This document shows, piece after piece, positions 53,306 to 64,000 of a stretch of DNA of 64,000 nucleotides. The stretch comes from Bacteroidaceae bacterium (GTDB lineage: Bacteria > Bacteroidota > Bacteroidia > Bacteroidales > Bacteroidaceae): assembly GCA_024688885.1 (NCBI GenBank), contig JAILDV010000003.1, positions 3,668 through 67,667 on the forward strand, written 5' to 3'. The position numbers and the translations under genes were made by a program. The first letter of the stretch is position 1, and each line of letters starts with the position of its first letter. Under the pieces are notes generated by a model. The model was not told the origin of the DNA. It did no database searches and worked only from the letters and a program-made list of their open reading frames with translations.

Positions 53306-54844
53306 ATGAAAACAATCAAGATCAACCCTGCCGACAATGTGGCGGTTGCCATCGAGCCTCTGAAGAAGGGTGAAAGCATCCACATTGACGGACAAAACAT
53401 CACGCTGAACGACGACGTTCCAGCTGGACATAAGATTCTCCTCTCCGACCTTGTCGAAGGGGAGAATGTCATCAAATATGGTTACCCCATCGGACATCTG
53501 AAGGAAAACCACAAGCAAGGTGACTGGATTTGCCATGAGCATATCCAGACGAATCTTGCCGGTTTGCTGGATTATGAGTATAAGCCTGTTGACAAGAAGG
53601 AACTGACCAATCCCGCCTATGAGGAGTGGTTCACCAAGGAGCCACTCACTTTCCAAGGGTATCGCCGCAAGAATGGCGAGGTGGGCATCCGCAACGAGGT
53701 GTGGATTGTGCCAACCGTGGGATGTGTGAACGGCATCGTCAACCAGTTGGCTGAAAAACTCAAGCAGGAAGTCAGCTCTCAACTCTCAACTGTCAACTCT
53801 CAACTCCCCACTCCACTCCGCATCGTGGCTTTTCCGCACAACTACGGTTGTTCGCAACTGTCTGATGACCACGAGAACACCCGCAAGGTGCTGCGCGATT
53901 TGGTGTTGCATCCCAATGCAGGTGCTGTGCTTGTGGTGGGTTTGGGATGTGAGAACAACCAACCCGACCAGTTCGAGCAACTGCTGGGTGACTACGACAA
54001 GGAGCGCATCCGTTTCATGGTGAGCCAGAAGGTGGAGGGTGACGAAGTGGAGGAAGGCATGAAGATTCTGCGTGAACTCTATGCCATCGCTGCGAAAGAC
54101 CAGCGTGAGGCGATTCCACTCTCAGAACTGCGCGTGGGCTTGAAATGTGGTGGCTCAGACGGTTTCTCAGGCATCACAGCCAACCCGCTCTTGGGTGTGT
54201 TCAGCGACTTCATCGTGAGTCAAGGTGGCACGACCGTGCTCACTGAGGTGCCTGAGATGTTCGGTGCAGAAACTATCCTGATGAACCGTTGCGCGACTCC
54301 TGCCTTGTTTGAGGAGACGGTGCATCTCGTCAACGACTTCAAGCAGTATTTCCTGTCACATGGTGAACCAGTGGGTGAAAACCCATCACCGGGCAATAAG
54401 GCAGGCGGTATCTCCACACTGGAGGAGAAAGCGCTGGGTTGCACACAGAAGTGTGGCAAGAGTGCCGTGAAGGGTGTGTTACCTTACGGTGAGCGTCTTT
54501 CCGTGAAGGGGCTGAACCTGCTTTCCGCTCCCGGTAATGACCTTGTGGCTTCCACCGCTTTGGCTTCGTCGGGATGTCATATCGTGCTCTTCACAACAGG
54601 ACGAGGCACACCATTCGGTACGTTCGTTCCCACCATGAAAGTGAGCACCAACTCCACTCTCGCGAAGAACAAGCCCACATGGATTGACTTCAATGCAGGC
54701 ACCATCGTGGAGGGTGAACCAATGGTTGAGGTGTTCAAGCGTTTCTGCCAGAAAGTCATTGCGATAGCAAGTGGAGAACTGACTTGGAACGAGAAGAAGA
54801 ACTATCAAGAAATCGCGATATTTAAGAATGGAGTGACGCTATAA
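53306..54844 (+). CDS. uxaA: altronate dehydratase (UxaA family)
   Basis: 512 aa with an N-terminal SAF domain (IKINPADNVAVAIEPLKKGE) and ..GLGCENN.. and ..GGSDGFSGITANP.. segments. Confidence 0.9.
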   Translation: MKTIKINPADNVAVAIEPLKKGESIHIDGQNITLNDDVPAGHKILLSDLVEGENVIKYGYPIGHLKENHKQGDWICHEHIQTNLAGLLDYEYKPVDKKELTNPAYEEWFTKEPLTFQGYRRKNGEVGIRNEVWIVPTVGCVNGIVNQLAEKLKQEVSSQLSTVNSQLPTPLRIVAFPHNYGCSQLSDDHENTRKVLRDLVLHPNAGAVLVVGLGCENNQPDQFEQLLGDYDKERIRFMVSQKVEGDEVEEGMKILRELYAIAAKDQREAIPLSELRVGLKCGGSDGFSGITANPLLGVFSDFIVSQGGTTVLTEVPEMFGAETILMNRCATPALFEETVHLVNDFKQYFLSHGEPVGENPSPGNKAGGISTLEEKALGCTQKCGKSAVKGVLPYGERLSVKGLNLLSAPGNDLVASTALASSGCHIVLFTTGRGTPFGTFVPTMKVSTNSTLAKNKPTWIDFNAGTIVEGEPMVEVFKRFCQKVIAIASGELTWNEKKNYQEIAIFKNGVTL

Positions 54845-54886
54845 GCCCCCTCCGACTCCCCCAAGGGGGAGAGAACCATCCGGGGT
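54843..54886. repeat. internally deleted, inverted partial copy of the NhaC leader
   Basis: AGCCCCCTCCG followed by ACTCCCCCAAGGGGGAGAGAACCATCCGGGGTG matches the two ends of leader copy A as read on the plus strand, with the central ~85 nt missing. Confidence 0.6.
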
Positions 54887-54896
54887 GGGAATTTGG

Positions 54897-54939
54897 GAAG
54901 TGAAAAGTGAAAAGTGAAAAGTGAAAAATTTAAGTTACC
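54897..54939 (+). repeat. short form of the 118-bp element: (GTGAAAA)x4 plus ATTTAAGTTACC
   Basis: GAAGTGAAAAGTGAAAAGTGAAAAGTGAAAAATTTAAGTTACC. Confidence 0.8.
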
Positions 54940-54957
54940 GAAGTAAACAGAACCTCA

Positions 54958-55089
54958 ACACGCCGCATGGCACTCTCTCCCCCCTGGGGGTAGCGAGCGG
55001 TGAAACAGGGCAACTAAATGTTGCGCTGTCGGGAGCGACCGAAGAAAGTGCTCTTTCTGAGGACGGCAACCGGAGGGGGCTTTAAGGAG
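54958..55089 (+). promoter_or_regulatory. conserved structured leader (copy B)
   Basis: Nearly identical to the reverse complement of 48365..48490. It ends 4 nt before ATG 55090. The same short ORF (ATG 55018) is here in frame with the transporter. Confidence 0.6.
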
Positions 55090-56349
55090 ATGAAAGCATT
55101 GAGTCCACTTGTCGTATTCTTGGTCCTGTATTTGGTCACCAGTATCATTGCGCAGGATTTCTACAAGGTGCCTATCGCTGTGGCATTCTTGGTCAGCGCG
55201 ACGTATGCCTTGTTGACTGTGAGGGGAACGATGAACGAACGCATCAAGATTTTTGCTAAGGGTGCAGGAAATTCGACGATGGTGCTGATGCTTGCCATCT
55301 TCATCCTTGCCGGTGCATTTGCCGCTTCTGCCAAGACGATGGGCGCTGTGGATGCCACAGTGAATCTCGCTTTGAAATACTTGCCTGAACAAGCCATCTT
55401 GCCAGGCATCTTCTTGGCTTCATGCTTCATATCGCTGAGCATAGGCACCAGTTGTGGCACCATTGCCGCACTCACGCCTTTGGCAGTGGGCATCGCTCAA
55501 CAGTCGGGCATCTCCACCCCTATGATGATTGGTCTTGTGGTGGGCGGAACATACTTTGGCGACAACCTCTCCTTCATCAGCGACACGACCATCGTGGCTA
55601 CACAGACACAGGGGTGCAGCATGAAGGACAAGTTCCGTGTGAATATCTGCATCGTGGCGCCTGTGGCTCTACTGATGCTCATCGTCTATTTCTTCTTGGG
55701 CGAGAGTGTCAGCACCCCTGCAGAGGTGGGCGAGGCGAATTTCTGGCTGGTGCTCCCCTATCTGGCTGTCGTCATCCTTGCTGTCTGTGGCGTGAATGTC
55801 CTGCTGAGTTTGGGCATCGGCATTTTCCTCACAGGCATCATCGGCATGGTGATGGGCACGTATGACGTGTTTGGCTGGTTTGCCGCCATGAACGAGGGCA
55901 TGATGGGCATGTCTGAACTCATCATCGTCACGATTCTTGCGGGCGGTATGCTCGAAATCATTCGCCACAACGGAGGCATCGAACTCATCATCAAGGCACT
56001 GACACGCAACATCCAAAGTAAACGGGCTGGCGAGATGAGCATTGCTGCACTCACCTGTTTGGTCAATGTGTGTACCGCCAACAACACGGTGGCGATTATC
56101 ACGACAGGTCCCATTGCCAAAGATATTGCTCAGCGTTTCCGCATTGACCCGCGCAAGTCTGCTTCCATCCTCGACACGGCTTCCTGCTTCACGCAAGGAC
56201 TCCTGCCTTATGGTGCACAGGTGCTGATTGCTGCGGGATTGTCGGGAGTGAACCCCATCGCCATCATCCCCAATCTGTACTACCCCATGCTGATTGGTGT
56301 GGCGCTGGTATTGGCGATTGTGTTGAGGTATCCGAGGAAATATTCGTGA
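55090..56349 (+). CDS. NhaC-family Na+/H+ antiporter-type transporter (paralog B)
   Basis: ~420 aa from MKALSPLVVFLVLYLV.., with ..GGTYFGDNLSFISDTTIVATQTQGCSMKDKF... The track start at 55018 lies inside the conserved leader, so I prefer 55090. Confidence 0.85.
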   Translation: MKALSPLVVFLVLYLVTSIIAQDFYKVPIAVAFLVSATYALLTVRGTMNERIKIFAKGAGNSTMVLMLAIFILAGAFAASAKTMGAVDATVNLALKYLPEQAILPGIFLASCFISLSIGTSCGTIAALTPLAVGIAQQSGISTPMMIGLVVGGTYFGDNLSFISDTTIVATQTQGCSMKDKFRVNICIVAPVALLMLIVYFFLGESVSTPAEVGEANFWLVLPYLAVVILAVCGVNVLLSLGIGIFLTGIIGMVMGTYDVFGWFAAMNEGMMGMSELIIVTILAGGMLEIIRHNGGIELIIKALTRNIQSKRAGEMSIAALTCLVNVCTANNTVAIITTGPIAKDIAQRFRIDPRKSASILDTASCFTQGLLPYGAQVLIAAGLSGVNPIAIIPNLYYPMLIGVALVLAIVLRYPRKYS

Positions 56350-56361
56350 AGTGCGCTGCGC

Positions 56362-56404
56362 GAAGTGAAAAGTGAAAAGTGAAAAGTGAAAAATCTAAGT
56401 AACC
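56362..56404 (+). repeat. short form of the 118-bp element
   Basis: GAAGTGAAAAGTGAAAAGTGAAAAGTGAAAAATCTAAGTAACC. It is a direct repeat of 54897..54939 and brackets the leader and paralog B. Confidence 0.8.
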
Positions 56405-56591
56405 TGGGAAAAGGGTATTTTAATTCATAATTCATAATGCATAATGCATAATTAACAAAAAGGAAACTAATATCAAGGACAGCAATGACATTCGTCCCTT
56501 TAACTTCCAAGCGGTCAAGGACCGCGATAACTTCCCTTCAAATCCTTTTAACTTCCAAAAAAGTTGAGCAACGCGAAAACTTTAGAAAGAA

Positions 56592-57125
56592 ATGAAAAAG
56601 ATAGGTATATATATTGTATGTGTGTTGGCGGTGCTGGTCATGGCATCGTGTGAACAGGAGACACCATATAGAACTTATGAGAATGGGCGTCTTCCTTATA
56701 TCCTTGACGTGCCGGAAACGTGGGAGATGGATGAGTCGAACCCGATTTTCATCAAATTCCAGAATGCTGAGCACACCCTTTCCATCAGTTGTGAAATCGG
56801 TGAGTTCACGCTGATTCCTGAAAGGCATTTCGAGGCTTTCTATGATTTCCTCTATGAGGAGCATGAAGACTCCATCTTCAACAAGGCGAGCATCGAGAAG
56901 ACTGACAGCCTCTATATCCTCAACTGGAAGGGCAAGGAGGGTGTGTATGTGTTTGATGGCTCGAAAACCATGAACGGTTATCTGTGCGGCATTCAAGTGG
57001 CTGCCACCGCTGAAACGCTCGAAGAGGGACACGCCATTTTCCAACGCGTGTTTGAGAGCATACGCCCCAACCCGAACTTTATCGCACCTCCTCATCACGC
57101 AGAAGAGGAGGAAGACTACTTCTGA
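56592..57125 (+). CDS. hypothetical lipoprotein
   Basis: 177 aa with signal/lipobox ..VLVMASCEQ. Confidence 0.7.
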   Translation: MKKIGIYIVCVLAVLVMASCEQETPYRTYENGRLPYILDVPETWEMDESNPIFIKFQNAEHTLSISCEIGEFTLIPERHFEAFYDFLYEEHEDSIFNKASIEKTDSLYILNWKGKEGVYVFDGSKTMNGYLCGIQVAATAETLEEGHAIFQRVFESIRPNPNFIAPPHHAEEEEDYF

Positions 57126-57154
57126 GAAGGGTAATTTCACCATAAAATCGGTCA

Positions 57155-57200
57155 AACGAGAAAAAATTATTGTTTTTCGATAATTTTTTCTCGTTTTTAT
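57155..57200 (+). terminator. hairpin terminator (16-bp stem)
   Basis: AACGAGAAAAAATTAT (57155..57170) pairs with ATAATTTTTTCTCGTT (57180..57195), followed by TTTAT. Confidence 0.7.
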
Positions 57201-57311
57201 TTGGAAGTTATCAAAAGATGTTTTACCTTTGCACCGAAAATAATTATCGAATAGCGATAAAACATTCAAAACAAACAATAAATTACTAACAATTTTAAAA
57301 GGTAAAACAAC

Positions 57312-57989
57312 ATGAAAAAGAAATTTAACTTGTATTGTGGGCTGCTGATTGCAGCTATCGTATTTGGCATCGGTATCTCCATGTTCCAAACTGGCTACTA
57401 CATGTACACTGGAGGTAAGGCTGGCATAGAGCTGGCAAAGAGTGATCGTGCAATGAATGCGAAGAGAGACCCCTTCTGGGCTTTCAAGATGGTGAATAAG
57501 ATGGTGCCTGTGGAGATGATGCGGAAAAATCCTTTGGATGCACCAACAGACAGCATTGTGAATCTGAAGACTGGTGAGAAGATGCCTATTCAAACTTCTG
57601 TGGGCATTGTTCAGACAAAGGATTCTGGAAAAAGAATGATGATCTTATCAGGCATCGGTCATTTCAATTGGTTATTCATCGTAGTATTCTTTGTGGCATT
57701 CATCAAGTTTGTCATCGGAGTGAATAAAGGCCGCCTCTTCGAGAAGAGCATGGAGACACAATTGACTTGGGGCGGATGGGCTGTCTTCGGTATGTATATC
57801 CTCGGTTGGGTGACTGTGCTCATCAACCATATTATGAATGTGCAGACTTTTGAGTTTGAGGAATACAGTCAGGTCATCTTGCAGACACCTGACACTGCCC
57901 TGCTCTACTCTGCTTTCGGCATGCTGCTGATGGGACAAATCTTCAAGATTGGAAGGACGATGAAGGAGGAGCAGGAGTTGACGATTTAA
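57312..57989 (+). CDS. multi-pass membrane protein (DUF2975-like)
   Basis: 225 aa with several TM segments. The family call rests mainly on the typical pairing with a YozG-type HTH gene downstream. Confidence 0.55.
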   Translation: MKKKFNLYCGLLIAAIVFGIGISMFQTGYYMYTGGKAGIELAKSDRAMNAKRDPFWAFKMVNKMVPVEMMRKNPLDAPTDSIVNLKTGEKMPIQTSVGIVQTKDSGKRMMILSGIGHFNWLFIVVFFVAFIKFVIGVNKGRLFEKSMETQLTWGGWAVFGMYILGWVTVLINHIMNVQTFEFEEYSQVILQTPDTALLYSAFGMLLMGQIFKIGRTMKEEQELTI

Positions 57990-58044
57990 AAATGAAAGAA
58001 TGAAAAAATGAAAGAATGAAAAAGAATGAAAAGGAGTGACAGTT

Positions 58045-58239
58045 ATGAAAAAGAATCGTATTTTATGGACTTGCTTCATTGTGATAGCAATAGTGGTCGT
58101 TGCTTTACTGGGAATGACCATACATAAACTTCTGATGGGTGACGAGGTGACTACTAACGCATGGTGCTTCATTACCATAGCGGCTTGCAGCCTTATGAAC
58201 ACTTATTATATACTTTCTCACAATCAAAAACAATTGTAA
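58045..58239 (+). CDS. small two-TM membrane protein
   Basis: MKKNRILWTCFIVIAIVVVALLG.. The track start at 58036 is GTG, so I prefer ATG 58045. Confidence 0.45.
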   Translation: MKKNRILWTCFIVIAIVVVALLGMTIHKLLMGDEVTTNAWCFITIAACSLMNTYYILSHNQKQL

Positions 58240-58241
58240 TC

Positions 58242-58442
58242 ATGATTATAGTGAATTTAGATGTAATGATGGCTCGACGTAAGATGTCGTCGGGTGAATT
58301 GGCGGAGAAGATTGGCATTACACAGGCAAACTTGTCAGTGCTGAAGACGGGCAAAGCGAAGGCTGTGCGCTTCTCTACATTGGAGGCAATCTGCAAGGTG
58401 CTGGATTGTCAACCGGGAGATATTTTGGAATTTAAGGATTGA
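58242..58442 (+). CDS. YozG-type XRE-family HTH transcriptional regulator
   Basis: MIIVNLDVMMARRKMSSGELAEKIGITQANLSVLKTGKAKAVRFSTLEAICKVLDCQPGDILEF. ATG 58242 lies within the longer track ORF. Confidence 0.85.
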   Translation: MIIVNLDVMMARRKMSSGELAEKIGITQANLSVLKTGKAKAVRFSTLEAICKVLDCQPGDILEFKD

Positions 58443-58507
58443 TTTAATTCATAATGCATAATGCATAATGTGCAATTCATAATTCAAAATTCATAATTCA
58501 TAATTGT

Positions 58508-59428
58508 ATGAAAAAGGTATTATATCCAATTTTGGCAATAGTTGTGTTCGTTGTGATGCAGGCGTGCGCAGCAGTGGGTGTGATTATTATCAACGTCGTG
58601 AGAGACCCTTCCACGATTAAGGCGATAGCAAAGTCAAGAGACGTGGAGCTGATGATGAACCATCTGTTTGCAGGTGATGCATTGTCATGGTCACTCATTC
58701 TTAGTGGCATCGCAACAGTTGGCATCATTGCCGCATTGAAGATGATTGATTGGAATCGTGTGCTGAACGTCAAGATGATTGACTGGAGAGTTGGTTGGTT
58801 GGCGATACTCGGCGCTGTGTTTATCATCTTCTACACCGATTTATTATCGGAGTTGATAGCACTTCCCGACGAAATGGGGGAAGTCTTCAACAGTATGGCT
58901 ATGTCTGTGGTGGGTGCGTTGTCCATCGGTCTCATCGGTCCGATTGTGGAGGAGTTTGTCTTCCGTGAGGCATTGCTCGGTTCGATGCTGAAGTATGGCA
59001 TGAACAAATGGGTGGCTATCTCAGCGAGCGCCTTGGTGTTCGGTCTCATTCATGCAAACCCTGCACAGATTCCTTTTGCCACGGTGATTGGTTTTATCTT
59101 CGGCGTCATATACTATAAAACGGGAAATATCGTTATTACAAGTATCCTGCATGTCCTGAACAACAGCGTGGCTGTGGTGATGATGGTTACGCAAGGAGAG
59201 GAGACGGCAGAAACAAAGTTAGGAGACTTGCTTGGTGGTCCCGTGATGTATCTTGGCATCTGCATACCGTTACTTACCGTCGGCATCCACTGCCTCAGGG
59301 TGTTCTGGAAGGAATCTCACACAGAGCATTTCCCAACTCCTCAACCAGAACAGGTTGAAACCATTCTTATCACTCAAGAAACTGAAACAACAAATCCAAA
59401 CCTCATAAACGATGAAACAGTTCTTTAA
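58508..59428 (+). CDS. CPBP-family intramembrane glutamic endopeptidase (CAAX protease type)
   Basis: 306 aa with EEFVFRE, ..FGLIHAN.. and ..HVLNN motifs. Confidence 0.85.
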   Translation: MKKVLYPILAIVVFVVMQACAAVGVIIINVVRDPSTIKAIAKSRDVELMMNHLFAGDALSWSLILSGIATVGIIAALKMIDWNRVLNVKMIDWRVGWLAILGAVFIIFYTDLLSELIALPDEMGEVFNSMAMSVVGALSIGLIGPIVEEFVFREALLGSMLKYGMNKWVAISASALVFGLIHANPAQIPFATVIGFIFGVIYYKTGNIVITSILHVLNNSVAVVMMVTQGEETAETKLGDLLGGPVMYLGICIPLLTVGIHCLRVFWKESHTEHFPTPQPEQVETILITQETETTNPNLINDETVL

Positions 59429-61196
59429 GTATGTATGCGCCACCGTAGTGGGCATCTTATTGGTGGTTGCCATCATTACCATTCTCTCCATCATGAGTTT
59501 AGTGGGCATGGCATCCATGGGCAGTGTGACTGCCAACGTGAAAGACAACAGCGTGCTGGTCATCCAATTGGAGGGCAGCATCAGCGAACGCAGCGAGGAG
59601 AACCCGTTTGGCGACCTGCTGGGCAATGCTGCACTGACCGAACAGGGACTTGATGACATCCTGAATGCCATCGAACGTGCCAAGACGGATGCGAAGGTGA
59701 AGGGCATCTATCTGGAAGCTGGCGCTTTTGCCGGTGCCATGCCTGCCACATTGCAGAGCATCCGCAAGGCTTTGCTCGACTTCAAGAAGGAGGGCAAGTT
59801 CATCGTCGCCTATGGTGATCAATATACACAGGGTGCTTATTATCTCTGTTCTGCAGCCGACTCTGTGATAGTCAATCCGCAGGGCATGATTGACTGGAGC
59901 GGTATGAGCAGCACCGTGGTGTACTATAAGGATTTGCTGAAAAAGGTGGGTGTGGACATGCAGGTGGTGAAAGTGGGCACGTATAAGAGTGCTGTGGAGC
60001 CTTTCCTGTTGAGCGAGATGAGCGATGCCAACCGTGAGCAGATTGAGACTTATGACGGTGAAATCTGGAGTGAAATCACCAAGGCGGTGAGCAAGAGTCG
60101 TGGCATCAGCGAGGCAAAACTGAACGAACTGGCTGACTCCATGATGCTGCTGCGTGAGGCAACCGTGTATAAGAAGGAGAAGCTGGTGGACAAGATTGCC
60201 TACAGCGATGCGGTGAAGCAGACGATTGCCAACATGATGAAGGTGAACAGTCCTGACGACTACAACACCATCACGGTGAAAGACCTTGCAGGGGTTGCCA
60301 ACAACGAACCGAAGGGCATCAGCGGTGATGTGGTGGCTGTGTATTATGCAGTGGGCGACATTGTGGAGGAAGCGACTTCTGACTGGAATTACGAACCTGA
60401 AATTGTTGGAAAGAAAGTGTGCAAGGACTTGCAGAAACTGGCTGACGACGAGGACGTGAAGGCTGTGGTGCTGCGTGTCAATTCAGGTGGCGGTTCGGCT
60501 TATGCAAGTGAGCAGATTTGGCATCAAGTGATGAATATCAAGACCAACAAGCCTATTGTGGTGAGCATGGGCGATATGGCTGCATCGGGCGGCTACTATA
60601 TCAGTTGTGGTGCTGACTATATCTATGCAGAACCCACCACCATCACAGGCTCTATCGGTATCTTCGGCATGTTCCCCAATGCTGGCGAACTGCTGAACAA
60701 CACGCTGGGTGTACATTTCAGCACGGTGAAGACCAACCAGTTCTCAGATTTCGGCGATGTGTCACGCCCATTCACAGAACAGGAACGTGCGCTTGCTCAA
60801 AGGTACATCAACAACGGTTATGAACTCTTCACGAAGCGTTGTGCTGATGGAAGAAAGATGAAGCAAGACGACATCAAGAAGATTGGTGAAGGTCGTGTGT
60901 GGACAGGTGTTCATGCCAAGCAGATTGGATTGGTGGATGAGTTGGGCGGACTCGACGCTGCCATTGCCAAAGCGAAGAAGTTGGCAAAACTCGACGAGGC
61001 TTCCATCATGAACTATCCAGCAAAGAGCAACGTGTTTGACCAACTCTTGGATGAGATGCAAGGCAACAGTTATGCTGACAAGCAACTCAAACAAGCACTC
61101 GGTGACTACTACCCCATCTTCACCGATTTGAAGAACATAGGTCAAAAGACCGGTATTCAAGCAAGCATGCCATATTTCCTAAAGTTCAGACTTTAG
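59412..61196 (+). CDS. sppA: signal peptide peptidase SppA, 67K type
   Basis: 594 aa with two S49 domains (..NSGGGSAYASEQIW.., ..MGDMAASGGYYIS.., ..GSIGIFG..). It overlaps the upstream gene by 17 nt. Confidence 0.9.
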   Translation: MKQFFKYVCATVVGILLVVAIITILSIMSLVGMASMGSVTANVKDNSVLVIQLEGSISERSEENPFGDLLGNAALTEQGLDDILNAIERAKTDAKVKGIYLEAGAFAGAMPATLQSIRKALLDFKKEGKFIVAYGDQYTQGAYYLCSAADSVIVNPQGMIDWSGMSSTVVYYKDLLKKVGVDMQVVKVGTYKSAVEPFLLSEMSDANREQIETYDGEIWSEITKAVSKSRGISEAKLNELADSMMLLREATVYKKEKLVDKIAYSDAVKQTIANMMKVNSPDDYNTITVKDLAGVANNEPKGISGDVVAVYYAVGDIVEEATSDWNYEPEIVGKKVCKDLQKLADDEDVKAVVLRVNSGGGSAYASEQIWHQVMNIKTNKPIVVSMGDMAASGGYYISCGADYIYAEPTTITGSIGIFGMFPNAGELLNNTLGVHFSTVKTNQFSDFGDVSRPFTEQERALAQRYINNGYELFTKRCADGRKMKQDDIKKIGEGRVWTGVHAKQIGLVDELGGLDAAIAKAKKLAKLDEASIMNYPAKSNVFDQLLDEMQGNSYADKQLKQALGDYYPIFTDLKNIGQKTGIQASMPYFLKFRL

Positions 61197-61212
61197 GAAG
61201 GGAAAAGTTATA

Positions 61213-61295
61213 AGTGAAAAGTGAAAAATTTGCTACCGCAGCAGTTCGCCAACAGTTGACGTGCACGTGCGGTAGCAAATTTTTCACTTTTCACT
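61213..61295. terminator. perfect 28-bp inverted repeat between convergent genes
   Basis: AGTGAAAAGTGAAAAATTTGCTACCGCA (61213..61240) is the exact reverse complement of 61268..61295, with a 27-nt loop. The arms contain the GTGAAAA heptad motif. Confidence 0.75.
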
Positions 61296-61313
61296 TTTCA
61301 CTGTTCACTTACA

Positions 61314-64000
<2,687 letters not shown>

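Noticed and set aside
54958-55089. Assignment of the NhaC leader to a known riboswitch class (lysine, glycine, cobalamin, fluoride, ykkC/guanidine).
   Set aside because: Only fragmentary resemblances exist (ACCGAAG, CUGUC..GGAG). The conserved cores and helices of those classes as I remember them are absent, and the element is too short for a lysine riboswitch. It needs an Rfam/Infernal scan, so I left it unclassified.
56497-56562. Three TAACTTCC-type motifs at about 28-bp spacing and a GCGGTC-AAG-GACCGC palindrome upstream of the lipoprotein gene, which might be an operator array.
   Set aside because: The motifs are short and imperfect, and I could identify no cognate regulator. This could easily be chance in an AT-rich spacer.
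56538-57593. 351-aa minus-strand ORF.
   Set aside because: It runs antisense across two plus-strand genes with signal peptides, a terminator and a promoter region. The translation is His/Leu-rich low complexity.

Overview
This is a 64-kb chromosomal segment that looks Bacteroidota, probably Prevotella-like. That is an inference from many TAnnTTTG -7 promoter boxes, three proteins with T9SS-type C-terminal sorting domains, a BspA-type LRR protein and GH43/GH2 genes. I count about 55 protein genes and one tRNA-Ser(GCU). I see no rRNA, CRISPR array, integrase or transposase.

Layout:
- 1-5.6 kb: a restriction-modification/defence islet. It holds an unknown two-gene unit, divergent from an XRE-HTH / GIY-YIG / Sau3AI-MutH-type endonuclease / C5-methyltransferase operon.
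- 6-17 kb: secreted and T9SS surface proteins.
- 17-29 kb: housekeeping and glycan genes, including a Y-family polymerase with YolD, two GH43 genes, PPIase, HAD, beta-carbonic anhydrase and AKR.
- 29-40 kb: tRNA-Ser, mazG, T9SS proteins, a Kelch-TM-AraC regulator, metH and smpB.
- 40-46 kb: an RND efflux operon.
- 46-56 kb: an unusually repeat-dense region with two intact NhaC-family transporter genes, plus a decayed third at 39.9 kb.
- 56-64 kb: membrane proteins with an HTH regulator, a CPBP protease, sppA and a partial GH2 beta-galactosidase.

Most notable observations:
1. Two divergent NhaC paralogs each carry an almost identical ~125-nt structured leader, with a conserved short uORF, directly before the start codon. 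Each leader-plus-gene unit is bracketed by direct repeats.
2. There are families of ~118-bp elements, 23-bp tandem arrays and 7-nt periodic arrays.
3. The R-M operon has an embedded GIY-YIG gene and a methyltransferase with an unassigned C-terminal region, next to an unknown two-gene unit.
4. A T9SS protein has recurrent Gly/Met-rich loops.

All functional calls rest on motif recognition by eye. No database search was run.
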